From Comamonas sp. (GTDB lineage Bacteria; Pseudomonadota; Gammaproteobacteria; Burkholderiales; Burkholderiaceae_C), in the NCBI GenBank assembly GCA_028690035.1, contig JAQVCA010000001.1:8410-72409 (forward strand): a stretch of DNA of 64,000 nucleotides, given 5' to 3'. This document shows, piece by piece, positions 9,200 to 17,293 of the stretch (position 1 is its first letter; the number at the start of each line of letters is the position of its first letter). The translations under genes and the position numbers were made by a program. The notes under the pieces are model-generated. The model ran no database searches. It was not told where the DNA came from and saw only the letters and a list, made by a program, of their open reading frames with translations.

Positions 9200-9415
9200 C
9201 TACTCTTTCTCCGTAAAGCCAAGGATGACTGAGCCAAAGTATGCAGGAGCCATCCAACCAATTGCTAGCACTATGAAGAGCAGCATATCCCCTCCGCCAC
9301 AGCTTCTAGACTTCACACATGCCGTCGAAAAAATACCAATAATCGTGAGCACGATCCATATCGCAGCAGCGACGTAATACCCTTTTTGCGTTAGTTTGCT
9401 CAATTGCGGCTCCAT
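9200..9415 (-). CDS. Small two-TM membrane protein (moron)
   Basis: 71 aa, two hydrophobic helices around a C-x5-C loop; lower GC than the flanking genes. Confidence 0.6.
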   Translation of the reverse strand: MEPQLSKLTQKGYYVAAAIWIVLTIIGIFSTACVKSRSCGGGDMLLFIVLAIGWMAPAYFGSVILGFTEKE

Positions 9416-9479
9416 GCAGAACTTTAGAACTGGACCAGAGGGTCACAAGCACCGGCGCAGTATATCTATCGTGACATGC

Positions 9480-10016
9480 TCACCCCAGCGCCAACGCTCC
9501 CTGCACAGGAGCCTCGGCCACCTTCAGCTTCAATTGCTGATTTTCAGCCTCCAGCGCGGCCAGGCGCTGCGACAGCTCTCGCTTGGCTGCTTTTAGCTCC
9601 AGCAGCAGGTCTTGCGCCACCATCCCAAACTGATGCTTGTGCTCCAACATCAGCACCTGGGCATAGCTGCCGCTCAGGCGCTCGGCAATCTTGCGAGTAA
9701 CCCGGTGGTCATCGAGCACCAGCTTGCCGCAGCCCTCCACCTCAATGACCAAAGCGCCATCATCCAAGTCAGAAAAATGCACGGGAGGCATCCTGCCCAC
9801 TCCCATAACCAGCTGGTACACACCCGGGCGAACGCGGCGCAGCACCCCCTCTTCGTCGATCATCCTTGTCACATGGTCGTCGATGATGTGCATAGTCAGG
9901 CCCGTGGCCGCCTGTAAATTCTCTCGCGTGATGAGATGCTCCAAGCTGTTCAGCTCCTGAATTGCATCCAGGACGATCTGGCGGCTTGTGCGGTTGTCTT
10001 TTGTCTGCGTCGTCAT
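9480..10016 (-). CDS. Winged-helix DNA-binding protein, candidate late regulator
   Basis: Start MTTQTKDN with GGAGG SD; ITRENLQAATGLTMHIIDDHVTRM..EGVLRRVRPGVY wHTH pattern; C-terminal coiled coil; occupies the lambda-Q position. Confidence 0.65.
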   Translation of the reverse strand: MTTQTKDNRTSRQIVLDAIQELNSLEHLITRENLQAATGLTMHIIDDHVTRMIDEEGVLRRVRPGVYQLVMGVGRMPPVHFSDLDDGALVIEVEGCGKLVLDDHRVTRKIAERLSGSYAQVLMLEHKHQFGMVAQDLLLELKAAKRELSQRLAALEAENQQLKLKVAEAPVQGALALG

Positions 10017-10096
10017 GTGATGTGCACCTCCGGTAAACTGCTGCTTGTCCAGAGCGCAGCTCGGCGGGAGGCTCACTTTTGTGGGCCTTTTGCTTT

Positions 10097-10441
10097 TCAG
10101 AACGCCTCCACTTCCCAGCCGCCGCCATATTTCTTTGTGCGTGCCTTCACAGCGATGAAGCGAAACGGGTAAAGGTCGGCTGCCACCTTGATCTTTGCGC
10201 GGGCATCGTCTTGCCAGTGGCCTTTGACCTCGTGGCACTCAATCACCCCATCTGCGGCCATCACAGCAAAGTCCGGCGTGTAAAACGTGTTATCGGCCAG
10301 GCGCAGCTTTAGCCCCTCGAACTTGCGCCACTGGATCTGCCCAGCGTGCTGGAGCGCTGCCAGGTGCGCGTCGTAGGCCTGCTCAGTCTTGTTCATCTGG
10401 CCCGTCTTGAGACGGCCCAGGGCGTACATTGCTTTGCTCAT
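10097..10441 (-). CDS. DUF1064-like PD-(D/E)XK nuclease-fold phage protein
   Basis: MNKTE..Y, YTPDF, ECHEVKG, ARAKIK motifs. Confidence 0.75.
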   Translation of the reverse strand: MSKAMYALGRLKTGQMNKTEQAYDAHLAALQHAGQIQWRKFEGLKLRLADNTFYTPDFAVMAADGVIECHEVKGHWQDDARAKIKVAADLYPFRFIAVKARTKKYGGGWEVEAF

Positions 10442-10845
10442 TGACCCTCCCAGAGGTCATAAAAAACAACCCCCAGCTCAGAGGCGGCGTAGGCCTCCAC
10501 CTTGGTGCAAAAATCGGAAAACTCGGCGGTGGTCAGCCCCGTGCTGCTTTTGCCGATCACTGAGCCGTCGGGCAGTTCTTCCACGCCGATGAACATGCGC
10601 TTGAAGAGCTCGTGCCACGTCTCAGCGCTGTACTGCTTGCCATTGACCACTGCTTGCTGTGCCACCTGGGCCAACACGCCATTGCCCCAGTAGCGTCGGT
10701 TCTGGGCACTGGTGCGCTTGCGGCGCTTGACCTCCAGCACCCAGCGGCCACCGCCCTGCAGCACAGTCTTCAAAAACGGGAAAAGCTGCCCTTTGATGGC
10801 CACCCATGCCTGCTGGCGGTTGAAGAGTTCAATTTCCAGGCGCAT
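10438..10845 (-). CDS. ninB: NinB-family recombination protein
   Basis: KRTSAQNRRYW, YSAETWHELFK, STTGLTTAEFSDF...EAYAA..LGV. Confidence 0.85.
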   Translation of the reverse strand: MRLEIELFNRQQAWVAIKGQLFPFLKTVLQGGGRWVLEVKRRKRTSAQNRRYWGNGVLAQVAQQAVVNGKQYSAETWHELFKRMFIGVEELPDGSVIGKSSTGLTTAEFSDFCTKVEAYAASELGVVFYDLWEGQ

Positions 10846-10957
10846 CTGTCTCATCCTCTTGCATGCCACAACTCCACGCCAGCGCCACAAGGCCGACGAA
10901 CACGGTCAATGCGCCACCGCCTATGGCGCCCAGGACAACCAACTGCCAGTCGCTCAT
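10829..10957 (-). CDS. 42-aa single-TM peptide
   Basis: ATGA overlap with the DnaC-like stop; MSDWQLVVLGAIGGGALTVFVGLVALAWSCGMQEDETDAPGN. Confidence 0.5.
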   Translation of the reverse strand: MSDWQLVVLGAIGGGALTVFVGLVALAWSCGMQEDETDAPGN

Positions 10958-11754
10958 GCGGCCACCTTCTTGCGATAGCTCTCCCAAGTGAATGGGATCA
11001 CTTGCCCTCCGTCTTCACGCAGTCGGTCCATGACCCGCTCCCCGAGGAACTCGGTCACCTCTGCCTTGGTCAAGTTGGACAAAAACAGCGTGGGCTTGCG
11101 GCGCTCGTAACGCTCATTCAGGACATCGAACATCGTGTTGCGCTCAAAATCTGAGCCAAACTGCACACCCACCTCGTCGAGGATCAGCAGGTCTGGGGCC
11201 ACAAGCGCCGCAATGGCCTGGGACTCGCTCGTCTCCGAGCCTTTGACCCAGGTGTCCTTGATCGAGCGCATAGCCCGCATCACCGTGATGAACAGCACCG
11301 TGGCATCGGTGTGGTGCATGACGTGCTTAGCGATACCGCACGCTAGGTGGGTCTTGCCGGTACCAGGGCGACCCAGGAAAACGGCGCTAAGCCCTGTGCG
11401 GCGCACTTTGTCGAAGCTGGCTGCATAGTCCTTGGCGAACTGCAAGGCCGTCTGCTGGGCGCTGTTCTGGGCAGCAAAGCTGTCGAGCGAGCGATCCAAA
11501 AAGCGCTCAGGGATACCGGCTCTGCCCAGCGTGCGGGCAATGCTCGCCTCCTTGGCGCGACGTGCAGCCTCGCGGCGCTGCTCTTCCTCCTGGCGCTCAA
11601 TCTCCTTGGCGCACTCCGGGCAGCCACTCCAGCGTTTGCCGATGAGATGGCGCGCCTGGTATTCGCCGTGCTTGGCGCAGGTGCGAGCTTCGTAGGTGGG
11701 CGCTTGGGACAGCTTGGCCCACAGGGGATGGTTGAGGGTGCCAATCGCTTGCAT
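10954..11754 (-). CDS. DnaC/IstB-like helicase loader ATPase
   Basis: C..HG...C.EC Zn site, Walker A GRPGTGKT, Walker B LLILDEVG; start overlaps the initiator stop. Confidence 0.9.
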   Translation of the reverse strand: MQAIGTLNHPLWAKLSQAPTYEARTCAKHGEYQARHLIGKRWSGCPECAKEIERQEEEQRREAARRAKEASIARTLGRAGIPERFLDRSLDSFAAQNSAQQTALQFAKDYAASFDKVRRTGLSAVFLGRPGTGKTHLACGIAKHVMHHTDATVLFITVMRAMRSIKDTWVKGSETSESQAIAALVAPDLLILDEVGVQFGSDFERNTMFDVLNERYERRKPTLFLSNLTKAEVTEFLGERVMDRLREDGGQVIPFTWESYRKKVAA

Positions 11755-12668
11755 CACACAGCCTCCACGCCATTGCCGTAGTCTTTTTCGGCAAAGTTTT
11801 CGGCCTTTGGGGCGCGCTTGCCCGCAGGCCGTGTGCCACTCCCTGCGCACGCCTTCACCAGCCATGCCCTTGCGTCGGCAGGCTGGGTGACCACCGCCTC
11901 ACGTACCGCCTCCAGCACCGTGTCGTTGCCGTGATCTCGGACCAGCTTGCCCATGAGGGTGCGAGCCTGCTGCTCGTCGATGCCCTGGCCACCCAACAGG
12001 GCAACTGCTGAGCGCCAAAGCTCCTGCTTGGCCTGCTCCTCAGGCGACTTGGTGCTTGGCGCCTGCTGCAGCTGCGGCACCGCCGCCGTACCGATAGGTA
12101 CGGAACTAATAGAAGATGAAGAAGAAGATGAAGGGGCGGGGGTTTTTTGTTCGTTAAGGGGGGGGTTATTTGCGTCTGCATGGGGGGGTATTTGTTTGCG
12201 TGGACGCCCCCCCTTTTTGCCGTGCTCTGCTCCTAAATAACCAGCACTCTTTCCTTTGTGGCCGTGCTCTGCACCCTTGTGTCCATGTGATGCACGCATG
12301 TTGCGCACCGCCTCATCTTTGACCATTCGGCGGCTATAAATAGTGCCGTCAGCCGTGCGAGAAAACACGCCAGCCTCTTCCAATTCTTTGAGGATTTTTT
12401 TCAAAAAAGTTGGAGATTCCCCGACGATTCGCGCAATCTGCTCCACCGTCATGGCTCTGCCATTGATAGACAAGTGGCCATAGCGATCGGACTCATGGGC
12501 TATGCAAAGCATCTCCATCCACAGGCCGCGCGCCGCCAGCGAGCACGCATTCAGGGATGGGTCGCGCCTCCAGTCTCCTGGATAGAACTGAAATGATGGT
12601 CGTCGAGTTGAAGCCACTTTGGGCGTTGCCTCTTCCATGGGAAACTGGTAAATTTGAGCTAAGGCCAT
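11754..12668 (-). CDS. Phage replication initiator (O-like)
   Basis: RPSFQFYPGDW..D..L..CS.AARGLW N-terminus, KGGRP linker, upstream of the DnaC-like loader; internal repeats 12158-12272. Confidence 0.8.
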   Translation of the reverse strand: MALAQIYQFPMEEATPKVASTRRPSFQFYPGDWRRDPSLNACSLAARGLWMEMLCIAHESDRYGHLSINGRAMTVEQIARIVGESPTFLKKILKELEEAGVFSRTADGTIYSRRMVKDEAVRNMRASHGHKGAEHGHKGKSAGYLGAEHGKKGGRPRKQIPPHADANNPPLNEQKTPAPSSSSSSSISSVPIGTAAVPQLQQAPSTKSPEEQAKQELWRSAVALLGGQGIDEQQARTLMGKLVRDHGNDTVLEAVREAVVTQPADARAWLVKACAGSGTRPAGKRAPKAENFAEKDYGNGVEAV

Positions 12669-12695
12669 TTGTTCATTCCTGTTGGCTGGTTGTTA

Positions 12696-12735
12696 AAGCC
12701 CCGGCCTGTTCGTGCAGTCCGGGGTTTTTCTTTTC
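12696..12735. terminator. Hairpin with T tract (AAAGCCCCGG...CCGGGGTTTTT)
   Basis: GC stem flanked by A and T tracts. Confidence 0.5.
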
Positions 12736-12741
12736 CTGGTT

Positions 12742-13008
12742 CTAAATCCGGCTCCAGCGCATGGCCATGCGCTTCTCAGCATCACGGCGGCTTGCCGCGC
12801 TATTGATGGTGATGCCGGGGCCTGGCACGTAGCGTTGGCGTGGCTTGACGGCCAGCGTTACCGTGCTCGTGGTGCCAGGGCCATCGAAAGCCGTACGGGC
12901 CTTCTTTCCTGCGGTGGATTGGGTGCTGGTAGAGATGTCGCGCAGATCGGGCTTGCCTGCGGGTGCAAGGCTGGCGCACAGGCCTATCCAAGACGCGGTG
13001 GTGCTCAT
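12742..13008 (-). CDS. Phage hypothetical protein
   Basis: 88 aa; ATGA overlap with the upstream gene. Confidence 0.55.
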   Translation of the reverse strand: MSTTASWIGLCASLAPAGKPDLRDISTSTQSTAGKKARTAFDGPGTTSTVTLAVKPRQRYVPGPGITINSAASRRDAEKRMAMRWSRI

Positions 13009-13268
13009 GCCTGTTGCCCTCCAATGTCTTCCGAGAGCAATGGATTGCCCCGCAGTGCGCGAACCAAGACACTGGCCTTATGCACTTCCTCTTCCACATG
13101 AGCCCCCAGGACTTGGTTGACGTACGCGGTACGGTCCAAGCCGCGCGCCATGGCCAGGGCGTCCAATGCCGTCACGATGTGCGTGGGACACATGCCGCGC
13201 AGCTCCATGCTTGGTGGTGGATTGCCCGTGCGGGCACGACTGAATACGGGGGTGTTGTCTGGAGCCAT
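13005..13268 (-). CDS. Small regulator, CII-position, ribbon-helix-helix-like
   Basis: ELRGMCPTHIVTALDALAMARGLDRTAYVNQVL strand-helix-helix pattern; AAGGAGG SD. Confidence 0.6.
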   Translation of the reverse strand: MAPDNTPVFSRARTGNPPPSMELRGMCPTHIVTALDALAMARGLDRTAYVNQVLGAHVEEEVHKASVLVRALRGNPLLSEDIGGQQA

Positions 13269-13356
13269 AAATCAGGCCTCCTTGCTGTAAAGGGTGCCCG
13301 CCCTACCCTGGGCTACGATGGAAGCTCCTACACAACCAACGCCAAGGAGGGCGGAC

Positions 13357-13653
13357 ATGAACGAGGCAGAACAGCTCAAGGTGTTACAAGAGCACATCAA
13401 GGTCTTGGAAGAGCGAATCCAGCTTCTAGAAGCTCCTGTCGTCGACAACGCAGCAAGAAACATGGCGCTCATGACCGTTCTCCGGGCGTGCATCCAGTGT
13501 TCTGGCAATCAGCCTGCAATTGCGCAGATGTGCGACAACATGTACGCCATGATTCAGGCCCAACCCGGCACTCTTCTAGGAGACAAGAAAATCTTCGAGG
13601 CGATGAAGCAGCATGCTGCGTGGATGCTGAAACCGGAGCAGCCACTGACCTAA
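13357..13653 (+). CDS. Counter-oriented small helical protein (moron 1)
   Basis: 98 aa; AAGGAGG SD; preceded by the conserved leader 13314-13350. Confidence 0.7.
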   Translation: MNEAEQLKVLQEHIKVLEERIQLLEAPVVDNAARNMALMTVLRACIQCSGNQPAIAQMCDNMYAMIQAQPGTLLGDKKIFEAMKQHAAWMLKPEQPLT

Positions 13654-13936
13654 CCTCGTCCGACTGCAACGCTGCGTACAGAGCGGCAACCTCTTGGCGC
13701 AGCGCCTGGCCCTCCGCCAAAGCTGCGGCGCCACCACCCAGCGATGGGAGCGGCTTCGGAGCCTCTATAGGTGCGTCAGCGGGGTCGGCGTCGGGCGTGC
13801 TCGGTGGTGTTCCACGGATCAAACGCCAGTTGGCAGGATGGCATTCCACCTGGGTGGCATGCTGCAGCACGAAAGGCAGGCCGTTTCGGTGGCAGACACT
13901 GCCTGCTGGCAAGGTGAAGGTTTGCAGGTCAGGCAT
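13469..13936 (-). CDS. Phage hypothetical protein
   Basis: AGGAGG SD; 3' 185 nt overlap moron 1 in antisense. Confidence 0.5.
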   Translation of the reverse strand: MPDLQTFTLPAGSVCHRNGLPFVLQHATQVECHPANWRLIRGTPPSTPDADPADAPIEAPKPLPSLGGGAAALAEGQALRQEVAALYAALQSDEVRSVAAPVSASTQHAASSPRRFSCLLEECRVGPESWRTCCRTSAQLQADCQNTGCTPGERS

Positions 13937-14019
13937 GGGAAGCCTCCTGGTTGTCAGGGGAGGCCAAGGTCACTTTGCAAAAATGGGAGTTCCTCAACAC
14001 CCACGCAAAGGCCTTGACC

Positions 14020-14253
14020 ATGATCGAAATAAAGTGGCAACCACATCCGGCGCACCAGCAGCGCATACGCTGCGTGCAGCACACCAGCACGGAAGAAGAG
14101 GCTCCAAAAGAAGGCGATGTCATCACGCGTCCTTTTCTTGTGGATCGAGAGCATCAGCAACCAGTCCCTCTGGAAGCATCCACCGTCGTTCATGTGCATT
14201 CCAGCGAGGGCATCCACAGTGCGGTGGTGCACTTGAAGCGACTTTCGGATTAG
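14020..14253 (+). CDS. Counter-oriented small protein (moron 2)
   Basis: 77 aa from MIEIKWQ; preceded by leader copy 13983-14011. Confidence 0.55.
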   Translation: MIEIKWQPHPAHQQRIRCVQHTSTEEEAPKEGDVITRPFLVDREHQQPVPLEASTVVHVHSSEGIHSAVVHLKRLSD

Positions 14254-14506
14254 CCGCGCGCCAAGCCAGAATCCTCTCCTCCGGCATCACGGGGCTGTAC
14301 AAAATCACCTCTTTGCCGCTTTTGGAGATCACGCCCGCGCCGCCACGTGTAAAACGGATGGGTTCGCCATCGGGATGGAATACCGGCGGCAAAAACTTCG
14401 GTACCGGCGTGCCGTCCAAAAAGAATCCAGGCACCCAATCTGGGTTCACCTCGGGCTCGTAGTCATGCGGTGCGTCTTCTGCAGGGTCGTATGCGACAGC
14501 GGTCAT
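14123..14506 (-). CDS. Phage hypothetical protein downstream of cro
   Basis: GGAGG SD; 3' end overlaps moron 2 in antisense. Confidence 0.55.
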   Translation of the reverse strand: MTAVAYDPAEDAPHDYEPEVNPDWVPGFFLDGTPVPKFLPPVFHPDGEPIRFTRGGAGVISKSGKEVILYSPVMPEERILAWRAANPKVASSAPPHCGCPRWNAHERRWMLPEGLVADALDPQEKDA

Positions 14507-14509
14507 AGG

Positions 14510-14815
14510 TCATGCCTCCTGGGGGATAGATGCGGATGCAGTGCTGGTGGATGCTGGAGGGCAAAAGTCCAACGCAGGGCGGCCCAGTGGATGCGGCCAT
14601 GCCGCATCTGGGATGCGATACCAAGTCACATGCGGGAGAAGTTCCTCGCATGTCACAGCGCCACCAGTGGCGCGCTCGATAGATGGGCAGCGAGCACTTG
14701 GGATGGGGCGAGAGCCATCACTCCATTGACCAATCAGTTGAGGAGGGACATCCAAGTCAGATGCCAGTCTTGCCTTCCTGCCACGCTCGATAGAAGTGAA
14801 TTCGCTCAATTTCAT
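14510..14815 (-). CDS. cro: Cro-like (YdaS-family) HTH regulator
   Basis: KARLASDLDVPPQLIGQWSDGSRPIPSARCPSIERATGGAVTCEEL.P; divergent from cI. Confidence 0.88.
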   Translation of the reverse strand: MKLSEFTSIERGRKARLASDLDVPPQLIGQWSDGSRPIPSARCPSIERATGGAVTCEELLPHVTWYRIPDAAWPHPLGRPALDFCPPASTSTASASIPQEA

Positions 14816-14822
14816 GGGCATC

Positions 14823-14887
14823 ATGATAAGCGATTCGCTTATTCATATCAAGCGTGACGCTTCTTCAAATGTGTAAGCATTTCGCTT
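14823..14887. promoter_or_regulatory. OR region: PR (minus strand TTGATA-17-TATCAT) and three operators AAGC-N5-GCTT
   Basis: TAAGCGATTCGCTTA 14827-14841, AAGCGTGACGCTT 14850-14862, AAGCATTTCGCTT 14875-14887; -35 at 14846-14851, -10 at 14823-14828. Confidence 0.85.
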
Positions 14888-14898
14888 CAAATATGTAC

Positions 14899-15348
14899 AT
14901 GAAGACGATTTCAGACATCAGGCGCGAGAACTTGGATGCACTCGCTCGCCAGCTAGGCTCAGTTGACGCGGTTGCGGCAGCGTCATCGACGTCGCCTGTG
15001 TACCTGAGTCAAATCAAAAACCAGGCTTTGGACTCGAAGACAGGGAAGCCGAGGCAGATGGGGAGCGCTCTGGCGAGAAAGTTGGAAGTTGGCTGCAATA
15101 AGCCATCTGGATGGATGGATACGGATCACCAGTCGCCGCCTAACGTAGAGATAAGTTCCACAGAAATATCCCTAGGGCAGACTTTGGCGCGGCTGGGTCA
15201 GGCGCTGGAGCGTGCCAAGCCGCAGACACGCGCTGCTGTGGCCGACCTACTGAGCCGTTACGCTCAAGACCCGGCGCAGGGCAAATCCCTTGCACAAGCC
15301 ATTGAAATGCTGGTGCAGTCCGATATAGACAAAAAAGCTGACGCATGA
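14899..15348 (+). CDS. cI: CI-like repressor without an S24 peptidase domain
   Basis: IRRENL..L...GS..A.A...TSPVYLSQI......R.MG..LARKLE...KPSGWMD HTH; 149 aa; no SD before the ATG (lambda cI-like leaderless start). Confidence 0.85.
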   Translation: MKTISDIRRENLDALARQLGSVDAVAAASSTSPVYLSQIKNQALDSKTGKPRQMGSALARKLEVGCNKPSGWMDTDHQSPPNVEISSTEISLGQTLARLGQALERAKPQTRAAVADLLSRYAQDPAQGKSLAQAIEMLVQSDIDKKADA

Positions 15349-15821
15349 TCCCGCCATTGGACGAGCGCGGCTTGCTGCCGCCCGGCTGCCACCGCTGCAA
15401 AGACTGGGCTGAGCTGGAAGAAAGATTTGCCTTTAATCCCTACCGCCAGCGCCTACTAGGGCAGGCTATGCAATTCGTGCAGCATCGCTTGACCCCATTG
15501 GCCGGTGGGCTCAGACTGGTGGTCGCAGGCAGTTACTTGAGCGACAAGGCGCAGCCTGGCGACGTAGAGATGCTGGTGTCTTTGCCAATGCACAGCATTG
15601 GGCAGCACGTGGGCCTGTTGGATATGTTCGATAAAGAGGGCGGCAAGCGCAGCATCTGGACAACCCACAGAGTGGACTTTTATGTTCAGTTAGAAGGCTT
15701 TGGCGGTAACGACTTGGCCCTGTTTTTCCAGTACGTTGGAGAGAAAACCGCCGCAGACAAAGGGCTAGACGCCAAGGACAAACGCGGCACAATCGAGATC
15801 GAATCATGGACACTGCCGTAA
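15345..15821 (+). CDS. Minimal nucleotidyltransferase, Pol-beta superfamily (DUF6932-like)
   Basis: IPPLDERGLLPPG.H N-terminus; hGS-x9-D-h-E (AGSYLSDKAQPGDVEM) plus a later RVDF; ATGA overlap with cI. Confidence 0.75.
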   Translation: MIPPLDERGLLPPGCHRCKDWAELEERFAFNPYRQRLLGQAMQFVQHRLTPLAGGLRLVVAGSYLSDKAQPGDVEMLVSLPMHSIGQHVGLLDMFDKEGGKRSIWTTHRVDFYVQLEGFGGNDLALFFQYVGEKTAADKGLDAKDKRGTIEIESWTLP

Positions 15822-16795
15822 ATCACCTGCACCACCGCGCCACACTGCTGCTGCAGCAGATCGCCATGGCCATGCAGGCGCAAAGCAGCCAGGGCGTGGA
15901 CATGAGCGGCTTCATTGCAAGCTACCAGCGCAAGCTGCAAGAGCTGTACAGCGAAGAGCTGCCTCTAGCCATACTGCGCGATACCAGCGACATCATTTTG
16001 CATGTTGAAGGCCCCGCAGCACGCCACTACGCAGCAGGCAGCGGCATGGTGGCTTGGCTGTGTGGCGAGGCAGAAAAGCGTATCCGCCAGCTGGGTATGT
16101 CTGCCATCAAAACCAATGGCAGCAGCGCAGAATCGGCAGAAAGCGACTTGCGCGTGCTACTCAATGGCTTGGCTCCTGGCAGCCTGTACTTGGGTTTCTC
16201 CGTCGATTCGGCCCAGCGTATGGCGGTGCAGCAGCAAGATGCACTGGCGCTGCCTGATGGCGATGTCATGGCATCCATCCGTGGTGCGGTGCGTACCCTG
16301 CCGTTGGTGCAGCAGTTTGTGGAAGACGAATCCATCAACCCAGCCATCTCTGAGGCCATCGCTGACGCCCAAGTGCGAGACGCCTCCCTGATGGCTGCCT
16401 ACCACCTATCGCCCACCGGGCGGCGCGGCATCCACACCATAGAGATCAGCGCACCCGGCTCCCACCAGACGCCCGCCGCCTTCACCAACCGCGAGCGCGT
16501 GGTGCTGCGCGAAAGCGCCCTGCGCGCCCCCGTGATGCGCACCATGACATCAGGCACATTTGTGGGTGAACTGCGCGAGGTGGACTTGGATGCCAAACGC
16601 TTTCACCTGCGCGACGTACCAGGCATTGGCGGCATCCGCTGCGTGCTTGGCAATCTCAATGCCGACACCGCCCGCAAACTCATCGGCCATGGCGTGCGCG
16701 TCAGTGGTGAGTACGAGGCCGACGCCGACGGCAAACCTCGCCTGATGCGCGTGCAGACGGTAGAGCCATATCAAACCCAGAAATCCCTGCAATAA
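15806..16795 (+). CDS. 329-aa hypothetical protein with predicted C-terminal OB-like beta-barrel
   Basis: 16-nt overlap with the NTase; helical N-terminus, APGS motif, C-terminal GTFVGELREVDLDAKRFHL...GVRVSGEY...RLMRVQTVE strand pattern. Confidence 0.7.
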   Translation: MDTAVNHLHHRATLLLQQIAMAMQAQSSQGVDMSGFIASYQRKLQELYSEELPLAILRDTSDIILHVEGPAARHYAAGSGMVAWLCGEAEKRIRQLGMSAIKTNGSSAESAESDLRVLLNGLAPGSLYLGFSVDSAQRMAVQQQDALALPDGDVMASIRGAVRTLPLVQQFVEDESINPAISEAIADAQVRDASLMAAYHLSPTGRRGIHTIEISAPGSHQTPAAFTNRERVVLRESALRAPVMRTMTSGTFVGELREVDLDAKRFHLRDVPGIGGIRCVLGNLNADTARKLIGHGVRVSGEYEADADGKPRLMRVQTVEPYQTQKSLQ

Positions 16796-16801
16796 TTATT
16801 C

Positions 16802-17293
16802 ATGCCAGCCATTTACAGCCCCGACATTGCCAGCATGACGCCTCTTGGCGCGCAGGCTTTTGCCGCGCGCAATCTAGAGCTGCTGGCAGCCATTGAAAAC
16901 ACGCTCGACGGTCTCAGCGCGGACACTCAACTGCTGCGCGCCATCCACGACGGCTACCAAGAAATACAGCAACGCCTTGTCGGAACCAATGGCTCCATTG
17001 ATGACAGTGGTCGGATACAGGCCAAGCTGGACAAAGCCAGCGCCGCCTGCGCTCGCATTTACCAAGATGCATGCCGGCGCCACCAAAGTGCCTGCAAAGA
17101 CCCACAACTACACCCCGACGATGGCGTGGCCGATGCTTACGGCGCCTTCATCGAGGCGCTGGGCCAGCTGCACGACACCATAGAGGCTCTGCGCGAATGG
17201 ATTGCCACGCACGATGCCGTGCTGCAGCCCGCCACGGATGCCGTGTACTCCAGTGCGGACGACTTGTTTGCCGCTTTGCTACCCCAGCAGTGA
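16802..17293 (+). CDS. Putative antitoxin, all-helical, 163 aa
   Basis: GTGA overlap with the downstream toxin; C-terminal VYSSADDLFAAL resembles toxin-binding tails of RelB/DinJ-type antitoxins. Confidence 0.6.
   Translation: MPAIYSPDIASMTPLGAQAFAARNLELLAAIENTLDGLSADTQLLRAIHDGYQEIQQRLVGTNGSIDDSGRIQAKLDKASAACARIYQDACRRHQSACKDPQLHPDDGVADAYGAFIEALGQLHDTIEALREWIATHDAVLQPATDAVYSSADDLFAALLPQQ

Noticed and set aside
8926-9261. N-terminal extension of the rha ORF to 430 aa
   Set aside because: The region is better explained by the c4 RNA, targets and terminator; a strong SD marks the start at 8925. An Ash/Icd-like short peptide here cannot be excluded.
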